Shown: one piece after another, positions 14,360 through 27,149 of the stretch
Layout: every line of letters begins with the position of its first letter
How positions within the stretch are numbered: the first letter of the stretch is position 1
Assembly: GCF_009914755.1 (NCBI RefSeq)
Contig: NC_060942.1
Reading direction: 5' to 3' (one strand)
DNA length: 64,000 nt
DNA from: the human T2T-CHM13v2.0 reference genome, Homo sapiens
Program-made: the position numbers and the translations under genes
Notes under the pieces: generated by a model
The model's database searches: none
The model's input: only the letters and a program-made list of their open reading frames with translations
Told to the model about the DNA's origin: nothing

Positions 14360-17120
14360 TGGATGTGGCATAGATTTATTTTTCTCTGTTCCTCTTCACT
14401 TAGTACAATGATAAACTCTGAAAATTACACAAGGCAACCATAACATAACTTTGAAAGGTGAAAAGAGGAAAACAAACTGGTTAGGAACTATTGGACTTGA
14501 AGAACAACTCAGCAGAAGGGTGCCACACGAATCCTCACTTGTTATGGACTGAATCTTTGTGCCCCCACAAATTCATATGTTGAAACTCTAATCCCCAGTG
14601 CAATGGTATTTAGAGGTTCAGCCTTGGGAGATTTTCAAGGTTAGATTAGGTCATAAGGGTAGATCCGTTATGATGGGATTAATTGTCTTATATAAAAGGA
14701 AGAAACACAAGATCAATCTCTCTCTTCCCAGTGTGAGGATATAATGAGAAGATGGTCACCTTCAAACCAGGAAAAGAGCCCCCACCAGAATTCAACAATG
14801 ATGGCACTCTGAATTCAAACTTAGCCTCTATAATTGTGAGAAACAAATGTCTTTCATTTAAGCCTGACTAGACTAAGACACTACCCAACAGAAAAAGGCA
14901 ACCCAATTCCAACATTTCCTGATGCTCAACCTTACAGCAAAAGATGGCCCAGAGAGGCTCATTCCTCTCCCAAATCAAGCCAACAACAACACCAGGCAAG
15001 CCCAATACCATTGGCAAAGGTGATGGATAGAGAGGTGTGATGACAATAAGCAGACAGAGATTCATGCTCTTGCCCTGAGATTACCTTCACTGACAAAGAG
15101 ACACTGAATAGTCAGGCAGCACTAGCAAGGGGATCCTGCCACAACAAGCACTAGTTTTGGGACATGCTCTCCATCTCTCACAGGAAGGGGAGTCCCACAG
15201 CAGCAAGTGCCTAGCCTAGAAAGGGCTCTCTTTCCTGATTGGCCCAAGAATCCTCTCCCTAGTAAAACACACTGGGGGAGCAGGGTGGCGTAGGAGCTGG
15301 TGAAGGCAAGGAAGACTCCTCAACAAAAAGCACCCAACCCAGGAAGTGCATCTTTTGTGGGAAGGTACCAGGCAGCCTACTCTGTGGAAACTCTTTCTAA
15401 ACCCTCAAGCAGCACCAGCAGAGACAATCAGAGCCTCTGCAACACCAGATAAACCAAGCAGACCAAAATAGCACTGCAAAGGCTCTGAAATTAAACTTCT
15501 TTTGAGTCTACAGCCCAATAAGTTAAGCCAGGACCTACATGCTAACCCTAAACAGTGAGTAGTTGTCAAAATAAAATACTTAAATGGGCCAGTCTGCTCA
15601 CATAATAGCCAAAATGCCCAGAATACAATAAAAAATCAGCTGTCCTACCAAGAATCAGAAAAATCACAACTTGAATCAGAAATACAATTAACTCACGTCA
15701 AGTCTCAGGTGAATTAGATGTTGATGCTATCTGACAAGGCTTTTAGAATGGCCATCATAAAAAGCTTTCAACAAACAACTACAAATTATCTGGAGCAAAT
15801 TTTAAAAATAGATAACTTTTACAAAAAAATTATCTAAAAAGGAAAATTGTAGAACTGGAAAATACAATAACAGCAATAAAAATCTAGCTGGGTAGGCTCA
15901 ACAGTAGAATGAAAATGACAGAGAATAGAATCGGTGAATTTGAGGGTAGCACCATAGAATTTATCATATCTAAACAACACAGGCAATATCAGCAGAGCCT
16001 CAGGTACTGAGGGGCAAGAACAAGACACATAACATTTGTATCACTGGAGTCCCAGAAAAAGAGGAGAAGGTGAGAGAGGTTAAAAGAATATATTTTTGAA
16101 AATAGCTGAAAATGTCCCAAATTTGCCTGTAGGTATAAACCTACACATTTGAGAAGCTGAACAAACCCTAAATATGATGAATCAAAAGAAATCCACATGA
16201 AGACAAAGCATAACAAAATTTGCCAAAAGCTAAAAACAAAGAAAAAAATCTGGGAAGTATCCAGATAAAAATGACACCTTATCTACAAAAGAACACCCCT
16301 TCCGATGACAGTGGATTTCTCATGTGAAACGGGAAGGCCGTAAGGAAGTCACACTACATTCATCAAGCTCTGACAAAAAGGAGCTGTTAACCGTGAGTTC
16401 CATGTTTAGCAAAACTCTTCAGGAATGAAGAGGAAATAAAGACATTGTCAGACAAAGAAAGACTAAAAGAATTTGCCACTTGCAGAACTATCCTTAAATA
16501 ATAGCAAAAGGATGATCTTCAAAAAGAAAGGAAAGGATAAAAGAAGAAATCTTGGAGTAACAGCAGGAACAATGGAAAGAGGGACAATACAGATCTATAC
16601 AATAGGTGATCCTTCTTATGAGTTTTATAAATCATACATAATTACTGAAATGTAAACTATAACACCATCTGATATATTCAGGATAATGATATTTAAAAGT
16701 ACAGAAAGTAAAGGGAACTAAATAAGAATACATTTTCCACATTTGACTCCAAGTGGTGGTAAAGTGGTGTAGGGAGAAAGTGTGTGTTGTTATAAAAAGG
16801 CAGCAAGAAGTATGCTTGTGGTGTTGGAAATGTTCTGTGTCTTGACTTTGGTGGCAGATATAGGAACTACACGTGATAAAACTGCATAGAAATAAATACA
16901 TGAACACAAACACACAAACGAATACAAGTAAAACTTCGTATGTCTGAATGACGTCTGTGCATTGTATCAATGCCATTCTCCTGGTTGTGATAATATACTA
17001 TAATTCTATAAGTTATTATCATTGGGGGAAACTGGGTAAAGGATATATCAGATCTTTGTATTATATCTTATAACAATATGTGAATCTATACTCATCTCAA
17101 AATCAAAAGTTAAGTTAAAA
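14360..17120 (+). mobile_element. L1MD-like element: 5'UTR, degraded ORF1, spacer, then 3'UTR; no ORF2 recognisable
   Basis: ORF1 motifs (ctggagtcccagaa; gaagctgaacaaaccc; tcttcaggaatgaagaggaaataaagacatt); L1MD-type 3'UTR at 16790-17120 (cattgggggaaactgggtaaagg). Confidence 0.65.
14540..14880 (+). mobile_element. MLT1A0-like MaLR solo LTR
   Basis: tgttatggactgaat...aaattcatatgttgaaactctaatcccc...gactaagaca. Confidence 0.85.
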
Positions 17121-18689
17121 AAGTTACCCAACTATGACCCTAAAAACCCTAAAAGTAAATACCCTTCCATAGTTTCGTTCTTTTTAGATATTAATAAAAT
17201 TACCAAGACAGTTTTCTCCTTGCTGCATTAACTTTAATAAACTGTTTTGCTCAATTATAAAAGAAAATAGAGGAGTCACTGATGTGTACATACATTCCAA
17301 AGTTTCCAGAATCTGCTCAGATGCCTACTAAATCATTTCCATATTTTCTGCTAGTCATCAGCCACAAGAAATAGTTGCCACAATCACCCCAGAACCTTGG
17401 CTTAATCTTAGTTTAGGTTAACTGTGGTTCTGTTTTGCCTGCTCTTCTAAAAGTGGGAGCTTTTTTGATCATCAGAGCAAAGCTCCCTTGAACCTCCTCC
17501 CATAGCAAAGTACTTGGCTCTGTATCTACACATCATCACAGGAACCACTCTTAATAATGAAGACAATATAGTGAATACAGTCAAAAAAAGAAAGCTTTAA
17601 TAGTCAAGCCAACAGATAGTCCAGAATATGCACAAAATATGCCTTCTCTTCAGTTTTGCATTATTTTCCAAAATAAATGGAATCTATGAGTGGGGGAAGT
17701 ATGTGGAAGGTCTGAAATTTCTCTTTTGTTCATTTCAATGTATAATCTACTTTATCAAAGTGTGAAGGTTCTTCAACCTATGCTTGTTGTCTGTACCAAT
17801 AGGCTGTGTCTCTCACTAGAGTCACTTCCCTTCAAGGGAATCCCTTTCTCTTCTCTTTTCATCCTATAAGCTCTGCGTCCCTATATCATCTTTGTTCCTT
17901 TCTATTTGGAAACGTGATTTTTATAGTAGTCAATCATTATGGGGGAGGCTTTGACTTTTATGATTAGTGCATCTGTTATACAGTTAGACATTTTATCTTA
18001 TGAAGATGGGCTCCTCCTTGTCTATCTTTTTTTATTATCATGCTGAATAATATCTCTAAGTCCTTCTTCGTCTTGATAATGACATGATGTTACCATTATC
18101 TTGGAATATCTCTTCCTTATATAGGAAAGAAGAAACAGAAAAAAAAGGTATCACTCTCTAAGTACCCTAAGTATATATGTGGCTTATCCATCAGATACAG
18201 TCTATGCTTGTCTGGAAAATATTTTATGATAAGATAAAACATAATATATGTCTTAGACTTACTAAAAATGTAAATCATCACAACTATGACCTTTTAAGCA
18301 AATGCATAAACTTTGGATTTGATGACAAAAACAAAGATAAATAACGATGGATTCTGTTATTTTTAACCTTGGGCTTTGGCACCAAAGATAGATATAGCCT
18401 CATGAATTTTATGTTACAAATACTGTAGAAAGGAAGCAAGACTTAACATGTTTATATTGAGCTTACATTCTTTCAACAATTTATATAGGACAGGTTAAGA
18501 AGGAAGCCTTGTGATACAGGAAATAGAACTGAGTATTGATGTGAAGTTTCACTTGTAATCATTTAAGTCCCACAGAACTGTGATCATAGCTATTTTTAAT
18601 GGCAGTAGTGGTAAATGTCACACAGTCAACAAATTAAAAAGATAGAATGAACTGAGACAATACACGAATTCAAAGAAAGTTCTGTTCAA

Positions 18690-18940
18690 CAGGTAGCAGA
18701 AAAAGAGCCCAGTTTGGAGTTAGGAAGGCCTGAATTTGGACCTGGTTTGGCCACAGGCCATGTAACCTTAACCAAGTTATAAAATCTATCAGGACCCAAG
18801 GTTCCCTAGTGTAAAATAGCATAATTATAGTAACCCCTTCCCCACTATTGCTTATAGGGTTTAAGTAATAAATGATTTAATAATGCTGAAAATTTAAACA
18901 TCCCTAGCCGATAGTATTTCATAAGTGTTAGCTGTTACAT
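18690..18940 (+). mobile_element. MIR (near full length)
   Basis: tttggagttagg...catgtaaccttaaccaagtta...tgtaaaatag...ataagtgttagctgtta. Confidence 0.7.
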
Positions 18941-19125
18941 TTTGTTATGACTTTTAGTTTTACTTCCCTCCCCCTATTTTATCTCTTCCTTTCCAATGCA
19001 GTTACTAACATTTTATGTATGGCTCTCCTTCTCCTTTCTACTCTCTCCATAAACCCCGACCTGCCACTTACATTACTAATCCCAGTGCAGACCTGAGTGG
19101 ATGACACAATCCCAGTTGGGGCATG

Positions 19126-19530
19126 TGCTATGGTTTGAGTTTGTCCCCACCAAAACTCATGTTGAAATTTGATTCCCATTACGGCAGTGCTAGGAGGTGG
19201 GCTTAGTGGGAGGTGTTTGGATCACGGGGTTGGGCCCTCATGAACAGATTAATGCCATTTGCAGGCATGAGTTCTTAGTTCCCATGAGAGTGGGTTGTTA
19301 TAAAGCAAGGCTGCCTCTCGTGTTTGTTCTCTTTGCACACACCTGTTTGACTGTCTGCTTCTCAGCCATGTTGTGATGCCACACATGGCCCTCATCAGGA
19401 TCCAGCCAGATCTGGCCACCTGATCTTTGACTTTCAAGCCACCAAAATTGTGAGCAAAATAAACTTCCTTTATTTGTAAATTACCCAGCCTCAGGTCTTC
19501 AGTTATAGCAACACTAAACGGACTAAAACA
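19126..19530 (+). mobile_element. MST (MSTB/C-like) solo LTR
   Basis: tgctatggtttg...ggactaaaaca with AATAAA; perfect 5-bp TSD gcatg at 19121-19125 and 19531-19535. Confidence 0.92.
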
Positions 19531-19897
19531 GCATGTCACGTGGCAGCTGGAGGCTGTCATCACTAGTCAGGTCAACACAGTCCCATTAGATCACTGCTAG
19601 CCAGTCCAGGGCTTGCATGGATGGCCCCTCATGGTCCCACAGCCAGTCAACCTCACTCAGAGATGTTGCTTTCCTAACATGGGACAGAAACAGTTCACAG
19701 TATTTTGCCTTTATAATTCTACCTGGTTCTCCACTGAACTCCACCTAACAGCTGACCTAGACTCTGTGCCCAGTTGAACTTTCTGCTTGGCAGGAAATTT
19801 TTCACTCAGTGCTCAATGTTTAGTCTCTATTTAATAGTTTTGTTTTCTAAACAATATGTGTAATAATACCAGTTTCTTGATTTTCTTGATTAGACTT

Positions 19898-20198
19898 TTT
19901 TTTTTTTTAATATGGAGTCTTGCTCTCTTGCCCAAGCTGGAGTGCGATGATGAGATCTCGGCTCACTTCAACCTTCGCCCCTCTGCCTCCTGGGTTCAAG
20001 TGATTCTCCTGCCTCAGCCTCCCAAGTAGCTGGGGCTACAGGCACCCTCCACCACACCCAGCTAATTTTTGTATTTTTAGTAGAGATGGGGTTTCCACAT
20101 GTTGGCCAGGCTAGTCTCAAACTCCTGACCTCAAGTGATTCATCTGACTTGGCCTCCCAAAGTGCTGGGATTACAAGCATGAGCCATTGAGCCTGGCC
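19898..20198 (-). mobile_element. AluS (Sz/Sx-like)
   Basis: Full dimer; TSD tagactt at 19891-19897 and 20199-20205. Confidence 0.93.
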
Positions 20199-20227
20199 TA
20201 GACTTAGTTTTCTTTTTGAAAGTCATA

Positions 20228-20715
20228 TGAAGTTAATACTACTCCTGTAACAAATTTGTACAACCTTAGTGGTTTAATATAACACAAATTCATTTGCGTA
20301 TTGCTCTGGAGATCAGAAGTCTAAAATCCATTTCACCGGCGAAGGTGTCAGCAAAGCTGATTCCTTCTGGAGGCTCCTAGGACAGAATCCATTTCCTTGC
20401 CTTTCTCATCTTCTAGTGGTTGCCTGTGTTCCTTGGCTTGTGGCCACCTTCCTCCATCTTCAAAGCACTTCACCCCAGTCCCTGTTTCCAGCATCATACC
20501 ACCTATTCCTATGACTTTGACTCCCTCTGCCTGCTTCTTATAAGGACTGTTTTGATTATAATGGGCCCATCGGTACAATCGAGGATTATCTCCCCATCTC
20601 AAGCATCTTTATTTAGTCACATCTATAAAGACCCTTTTGCCATATATGGCAACATTCACAGTTCTAGGAATTAGGAAGTAGAAATATTTAGGTGGTCATT
20701 ATTGGGCATACAGCA
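20228..20715 (-). mobile_element. MLT1C/D-like MaLR LTR
   Basis: ctgtaacaaat...ctctggagatcagaagtct...ttccttggcttgtggcc...cattcacagttctaggaattagg. Confidence 0.85.
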
Positions 20716-23224
20716 AAAATGCTTTTAAGAGAAAATGGGGAATAAAGGAAGGAAGGAAAGATACAAGAAAGAGAGAGGAGGAAACAATAAAGAAGATTTT
20801 TGCAATACATGTATAAAAGCAAAAGCAACACAGATCTTCTTTGTTGAAGCACAGAGCAGCATATTATTAAAACCAAGTGGGCTTCACGTTCTTAAAAAGA
20901 GGTGAGATTTGCTGTAATAAAAGAAGAAAGAGGGAGAAAGGAACACAGTAATGCCGTGTCCAATTTGTTAGAACCACAATCTAGAGGCGTGTGAATTACT
21001 TAGGAAAGAATTTTAAGAGGATCCTACAGCAGAGATTCAGAATAAGAGAAAAATAACAGATCCTTGTTTTAGTGTAACTCAAGTGAAATCCTGCCAAGAA
21101 ACAGCCCTTCCTGTAATCCTTTTCCTACCCATTCCTGCTCACAAAACATCCTTCTGGAATAAGCCTGATGGGTCATATTGGAGAGTTTAGTGGAGGAGAG
21201 TGCCACCACCTGCTTGATTTCAGCAATAACATCCTACTGGATGCCACAGGGGAGGATGCTCTCACACTGTGTTCCAGCTATGTCAAGGCTGGGCTGTTTT
21301 GATGACAGCCTACTTTAAGAGCTGTAAAGGGGTATAAAGGCAGTGGGCAGATTTATATTCTGGGGATAACTTTCTCATAAAAATTTCATTTCTTCCTAGA
21401 TGTCCAGGCAGAAAAATAGCTTAAAGTTCAACAAAAATTGCTATAGCATAGTAATTTACTCACCATGAATCCGGGCTAGAAATTATTTTCGTTAAATTTG
21501 TATTTTTAATAGAGTAACAGTGTTAATTATTCATAATACATAGGTATTTCATTTGAGCTAGCTTGTCATGTCATTAAATTAATCATGAATATGTATTTGT
21601 GAAACATATTTTCATCATATCTCATGATTTACAAATGTTTCTGAAAATGCCTGTAATGCATTCTTTCATTAACTTTGCTGAGCTAAATGCATTTTCAAAA
21701 AAGAAGTCTTAAAAAGACCATGAGATGTAAGCAAAATAACTAAACTAAATCTTAACATGGAAATTTGTTCAATAAAGATTATGAGAAAAATATTCATGAA
21801 ACACAAAATGAGAAGGTTATTATTCAAATAAAACAGAAAGAACTTCTATTTTTGTACACTGACAAATGCCAAAAAACAGAAAAAAAGAAAAGTGAAACTC
21901 CTTCAGGGTTTTCCTTTCAATATAAGCAATAAACTGCTAGACATGTAAAAGAGTTATTACCATTTAATGCAAGCAATAGTCACATTTGTTAACAGAATGA
22001 ATTAAGGAATTGGATAGTTAGAATTCACACGCATACACTCCTATAAATTTCAGTTAAATCAGTACTATTTGGAAAATGGATAGAGATAAATAATTAGAAT
22101 ATATACTAAACTAATTCACTCTGATTTAAAGCATTCGAAAAATAACTTATTATTCAAATCAAACATATCCAACATGAAAGAGAGGACAAAACAATGACAA
22201 CATTTCTCAAAGCATTTTATTTAGGAAAATCCAAACGTGTATGAGTTTTACACTCTTGTTTTCTTCATTCCTCAATCAAGTATTTATTAAAAACCCATTC
22301 TATGAATAATTCCTAGACAAGGTATTTTGTTAGGTACTGCTCAGAGTATTCATACAGTGTATCATGGGGAACCATTTTCTCTTATCATCTTTAGGCAAAA
22401 CTAGGAAATGCATTAAACTAGAATGTTACATGTACCGTCTCTAACTACTAAAAGACCCACATTCACGTGCCTCTTCCTCCCTTTCCCAACTCAGGCCAGG
22501 CCACAGGTTCAGGGGTTTTTCTGATGGCCCTTCCCAAACCCAGCATTTGTATATTTGTCCCATTTTTTCAGGGTCTTCCTATGTCACTTGCTGGTTAACT
22601 GGAAAGATTAATTCCATCTGTCAGGTGGTAAAGACAGATCCCATGCTTGTTAAATCGTAGTCTGAGCTGGGAGAGCAGCCAAAGCCACAGGACAAATATG
22701 AAGTATTAGCATTACTTTTAAACTCTCTCAAATACTATCCTATACAGAATCTCAATTTTGGCCTCAGAAAGACCTCGTTAGAGACTATAGTATATCTCCT
22801 TGAAAACCTGAATTTAAATTACATTACTTTAAATGTAATACATTGATAACTGTCCTTGAAATATGTATGTATTACAAGCTGAGAACCAAAAAATTATTTC
22901 AGGAAATAAGTATTGTTTTGAATGAAATCGTTATTTAAAAACAGAAGTGATTGTGCGATGAAGTACCTATAAGCTATGAGAAAACATTTTGTTTCTTCTA
23001 AGAATAACAAGAGTAACTATTGAATTTTGTCCAATATCAAGCCAGCAATTAAGTGGCTAATTAAAATTCCAGTCAGAACACAAAAATACTTACAATAACA
23101 TTCAATAAGATTGATTAATAATTGTAAAGTAGAATCATTTCTATTTCGTAAAAATATTTAGAAAAATTATTGTGCTCCAAGATGATAGATATTTTTAAAT
23201 TTTGCAGAAAAAAATGAACAACAA

Positions 23225-23740
23225 ACTTCGCCTTCCACTACATATAAGAGAAGACCTAAAATCCGAATTTGGGCAGTTTTCGGCTATTTTAATGATCCAT
23301 TCAATCCCGGTACAGTTCATTAAGTAAATTGTGCCATGTTAAGATGGACTTATAAACTAAATCAACTGGAAAACAGCTGATTTGTTGGTATGGTTCAGCA
23401 CAACCTTAATAAGTATTGTCATTTCCCCAGATTTTTATAGAATTATTTCATGTGATAGAACTTCACTAACGCAAATCTATGAACATTTTACTAAGATTCA
23501 GATTTTACATTATTTATGAAGACGGGATATGCCGAGCAAATTGACAGATGAAGATCCTAGGAATGTTTTATCTATTTGCAGCTGTTTTCAAATACTGTAG
23601 TAGTAACCATGTGTGCTAAAGCAATTAATGTGCTAATTACAGATGTGCCTTTATTCTAGTCCTTGGAGCAGAGTCAGCAAGGCCTCCGTTCGGCAGGGCT
23701 TTTCACTTTAGTTTGAATAACTGAATGTACTTAGAAATAA
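23225..23740. promoter_or_regulatory. Candidate conserved non-coding element / enhancer
   Basis: No recognisable repeat; 9 retained CpGs in ~465 bp of AT-rich DNA; clustered E-box, TALE and homeodomain-like motifs. Inference only. Confidence 0.4.
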
Positions 23741-23751
23741 AATTGCCTTTA

Positions 23752-23776
23752 AAAGAAAGAAAGAAAGAAAGAAAAA
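23752..23776 (+). repeat. (GAAA)n microsatellite
   Basis: aaagaaagaaagaaagaaagaaaa. Confidence 0.85.
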
Positions 23777-24629
23777 CTCCAACTTCATATGGCTCATGAT
23801 TCCCCAGATTTGGATATCCCACTCATTGAATTCACCCTGTAAAACACAACAGCTGCCTAACATAAAGCTCTGTGGCAATGTAATTAATTTATAAAACAGG
23901 TGTTACTCCCATTTCTTCCATTCCTCAGTCGCATTGTTAAAAAAAAAAGTGGCTCATATAATTTATAATTCAAATATTATGCTAATTTGTAAAAATTTAC
24001 TAATCCTTACTACACAAGGGGGAAATTGGTCCATGGAATATTTGAAAGTGCTAATTTATTGATTTTCAATGTTAAACTCAGAAGCAGCATAGGAGAAAGA
24101 AGAATCCAGGAGGGATTGTTTTTATTTTTGTTTTTATGCTGGCTACCATTCCTGTTTCCTGTTTTTTGGCAGCCTATGTGGTTTTCTTCCAGTCACATGG
24201 CATCTTATTCTAAAAGTCATATTCACTATGCCGGCTTCCCTAGGACCCAGGTGCATAGTAGTAATGGATTTAGATAAACAAGTAGCATTACGGTGATAGT
24301 GGCATAACTTTGTAGGGTTTCCCATTTGCTGCAATAGTTCTGCTGTTTCAGGGCCTATTCTCCTTTACATTTGCCCTATTATGTTAAAGGTGATGAAGGA
24401 AAATATTTAGTGAACTCATGGTAGTTAAGAAGATAAAAGGAAGGAAAGACGGTGGGAAGAGGTGGGGAAGTGAAAGGAGGGAATGGAGAGAGGGAGAAAG
24501 AAAGAAAGGGAAAGACAAAATATAGAGAAAATAGAATTTGGTATTATTGGTATTATAATGAACTCCTGAGCGACACCTTCAGAGGATCTAAATACGAAAA
24601 ATTATGTTACACTGATGGAAGAGAGGGAT

Positions 24630-24793
24630 TCAAGACTGTAAGAGAGCTCAAGGGGGCTTCTGGTAAGGTTCTGTTTCTTGATCAGCTTACTGGTTACATA
24701 GGTAGACTCAATTTGTCATAATTCATCAAACTGTACATATATGACATGCGTACTTTTTAGTGTGTATATTTCACTAAAATATTTTAAAATAAA
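24630..24793 (+). mobile_element. L1ME-type 3' end
   Basis: ggggcttctggtaaggttctgtttcttgatc...aattcatcaaactgtaca. Confidence 0.7.
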
Positions 24794-24917
24794 ACATGTG
24801 CTACAGGGGAACAGGCATTATCTTCCATCTGTTTTAAGTTTTCCTGGATAAAGTGACTTTGAAAGTGACTTAAAGCATCTCTCAACTTCGTAGTCAAATA
24901 TGATCTTTACTTATCAC

Positions 24918-25075
24918 AGAAAAGATAGTACTGGACTGCTAAGATTAGGTTTCAATTATGGCTCTAGCTCTTTGATAAACTGAGTGTTCTTAGATAAGTG
25001 GCTTTATCTCTCCCAAGGCTCAGTTTTCTATTTTGGAAAATGTTACAGAATCATTTAATGAGATATTAATTCCTA
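24918..25075 (+). mobile_element. MIR fragment
   Basis: actggact...ggctctagctct...cttagataagt...ctcagttttctattttggaaaatg. Confidence 0.6.
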
Positions 25076-25406
25076 CATTGTTTTTCTTGTAGTAGTATGG
25101 ACAGCCAGTCTGATGTTTACTTGGCTTCTCTGCTCCAGAAATAATCAATTTCTTTGGGTTTCAAGATCCATCCTAAGAAAAACCTCAAATGAGTCTTTGA
25201 AAGAACCAAAGTGCTGTTTGAAAGAAAACTGCAATTTCTGCCAAGTTGGATGAATGGAGGGCAGCTGGTGCATTTTGAGGAAGACAGAAGACATAGTTGG
25301 AGTCTTGCATCTGAAGCAGGTGGAGGAGTACTAGGATCAGCGGAGTTTTGGTCATACGCCTTAGTTCTTAGCAATCGGCACAATTTTCATGAGTCTGCAG
25401 CTGAGA

Positions 25407-25626
25407 GCAATTTCTCATCTTGACCCTACTGATGTATTGTGCCACATAATTCTTTTTTGTGGGAGCTGTTCTATGCGTCGTAGGATGTTTCGCAGCATCC
25501 CTGGCCTCTACCCACTAGATGCCATTAGCACCTCCTTTCTAAGCTGCAACAACCAAAATTGTCTCCATTATTGCCAAATGTCTCCAGAAGGACCAAATCC
25601 TCCATATTCCCATTGAGAACTAGTGG
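25407..25626 (+). mobile_element. MER20 (hAT-Charlie) DNA transposon
   Basis: ataattcttttttgtgggagctgt...gtaggatgtttcgcagcatccctggcctctacccactagatgcca...ttgagaactagtg. Confidence 0.9.
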
Positions 25627-26039
25627 CATACAGCAAAGTGCTAGATACTGAATTTGTCATTGAAAGGATGAAGGGGAATAAATACCAGGAGCTGCAAAGC
25701 CACTTGGCATTGAATGGGCCTCTAAAATTGAACAATACACTTATAAAATGATTCCCATACAGACTAAGTCAAATACAACTTCCCCAGATTGTGTAAACCT
25801 AGCTTGTGTAAATCTCATATCAATCCCAAGAATTGTGGAGTGGGGGACTATTGAGAATGTCTTTTCATAAACCCTGCCAGGTGGAGGAGATTAAGACAGA
25901 TCTGATTTGATTTAGACACCTAAAGAAATCTATCCATTATTTTATGTAGGTGTCATGGTGAAATCTGTACCTGTTACATGTGTTTAAAAAAAACTTAGCA
26001 ATTTTTCTAACATACGGAAAACACTCAACAAATGTTAAT

Positions 26040-27000
26040 CATGTTATTATCACCCCTACTTTATAGATGATAAAAGTCACAAAGAAGCAAAACTACATTT
26101 CTGAGAACCAGAGCTAATAAACAAAATGAGGACCAAAATAAATTACTCCTGGTGTCCCCACTCTATGTAACTCTGTTGCTTATATTAATGATAAATTTTT
26201 TATTGGAGTGCCTGGAAACTATTATTTTATCTCTTCTCAGTTCAATTTAGAAAATACAGGTATCCATCATGTGCTTTACATCCTATTCAGTCATTTCAGG
26301 ATACAAGAATAATATATAACCCAATGTAATTATTGTGTTTGTGTGTGTGTGTGTGTGTATGTTTCTTTTGTGTGTTTTGTTTTATTTGTTTATTGGACAG
26401 TAAAGACACCTGAAGCAATATAAAAACCTTCCAGAATGTAGGCACTTAAGTATCAGAATGATGGATACAGATTGTACGTGCTAAAAGCATTCTGAAAAAG
26501 AAAGCTCAAAATAAATCAGGGTAGTTGAGGAAGGCATCATGGGCTTTGAACTAGCAATTTAAGAATGGGACTAAATTAAACTAGCAGTTTAAGAAGTACA
26601 GGTAGAAATGTTTGAGAAAAGTTTAATAACCAGGAAAACAACATATGCATTTCTACTGCATAAAAGCCCCACAATCCACCCCAGATTTTTATCTCCAGCC
26701 TCTGTTCTCTTTACAGCTTCTGTAGAGCCCATTCCTTCTAAATCCTCATGTTTTTTCAGTCACACTATGCTTTAACCCCCATTCAGGACTCGAGGCCTTT
26801 GTACATACTGCTCCCTTTGCCGGTATGCTTGCCTGTGGTCATTCTACTCACTCTGGCCCACTTCACTTGCAAATTCCAATTTTCCCTTCAAATTCAAAAC
26901 TCAAATTTACCTCCTCATATCTCCTAAGAAGGAAATAATGAACTTCTTCTTCTTTATTAGGTGTCCCCCAATGTATCCTATATAGAATCTCTGAGAAGTT
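26040..27000. mobile_element. Degraded MIR(-), L2(-) and L2(+) fragments, with (TG)n at ~26333-26358
   Basis: cccctactttatagatga (MIR); aggaaggcatcatgg (L2 antisense); ggcctttgtacatactgctccctttgcc (L2 sense). Confidence 0.5.
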
Positions 27001-27149
27001 ATATATATTAATTCAGTATTAATCCAGTATGATTCAAAATTGGTTTTTGCCCTTTAATAGAGTACCACTATCAAAACTCACCTACAGAAATACTTACCAG
27101 ACCCTTTTAATTCATTTTTATCTGCACAACCTATACATAATGCTAATTT

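Noticed and set aside
21325-21350. TATA-like ggggtataaaggc as a promoter
   Set aside because: Isolated motif with no CpG island or downstream gene structure.
22572-22627. Possible small + strand exon (ttgtcccattttttcag|G ... GTG|gtaaag)
   Set aside because: Splice-like signals of this quality are common; no recognisable peptide or partner exons.
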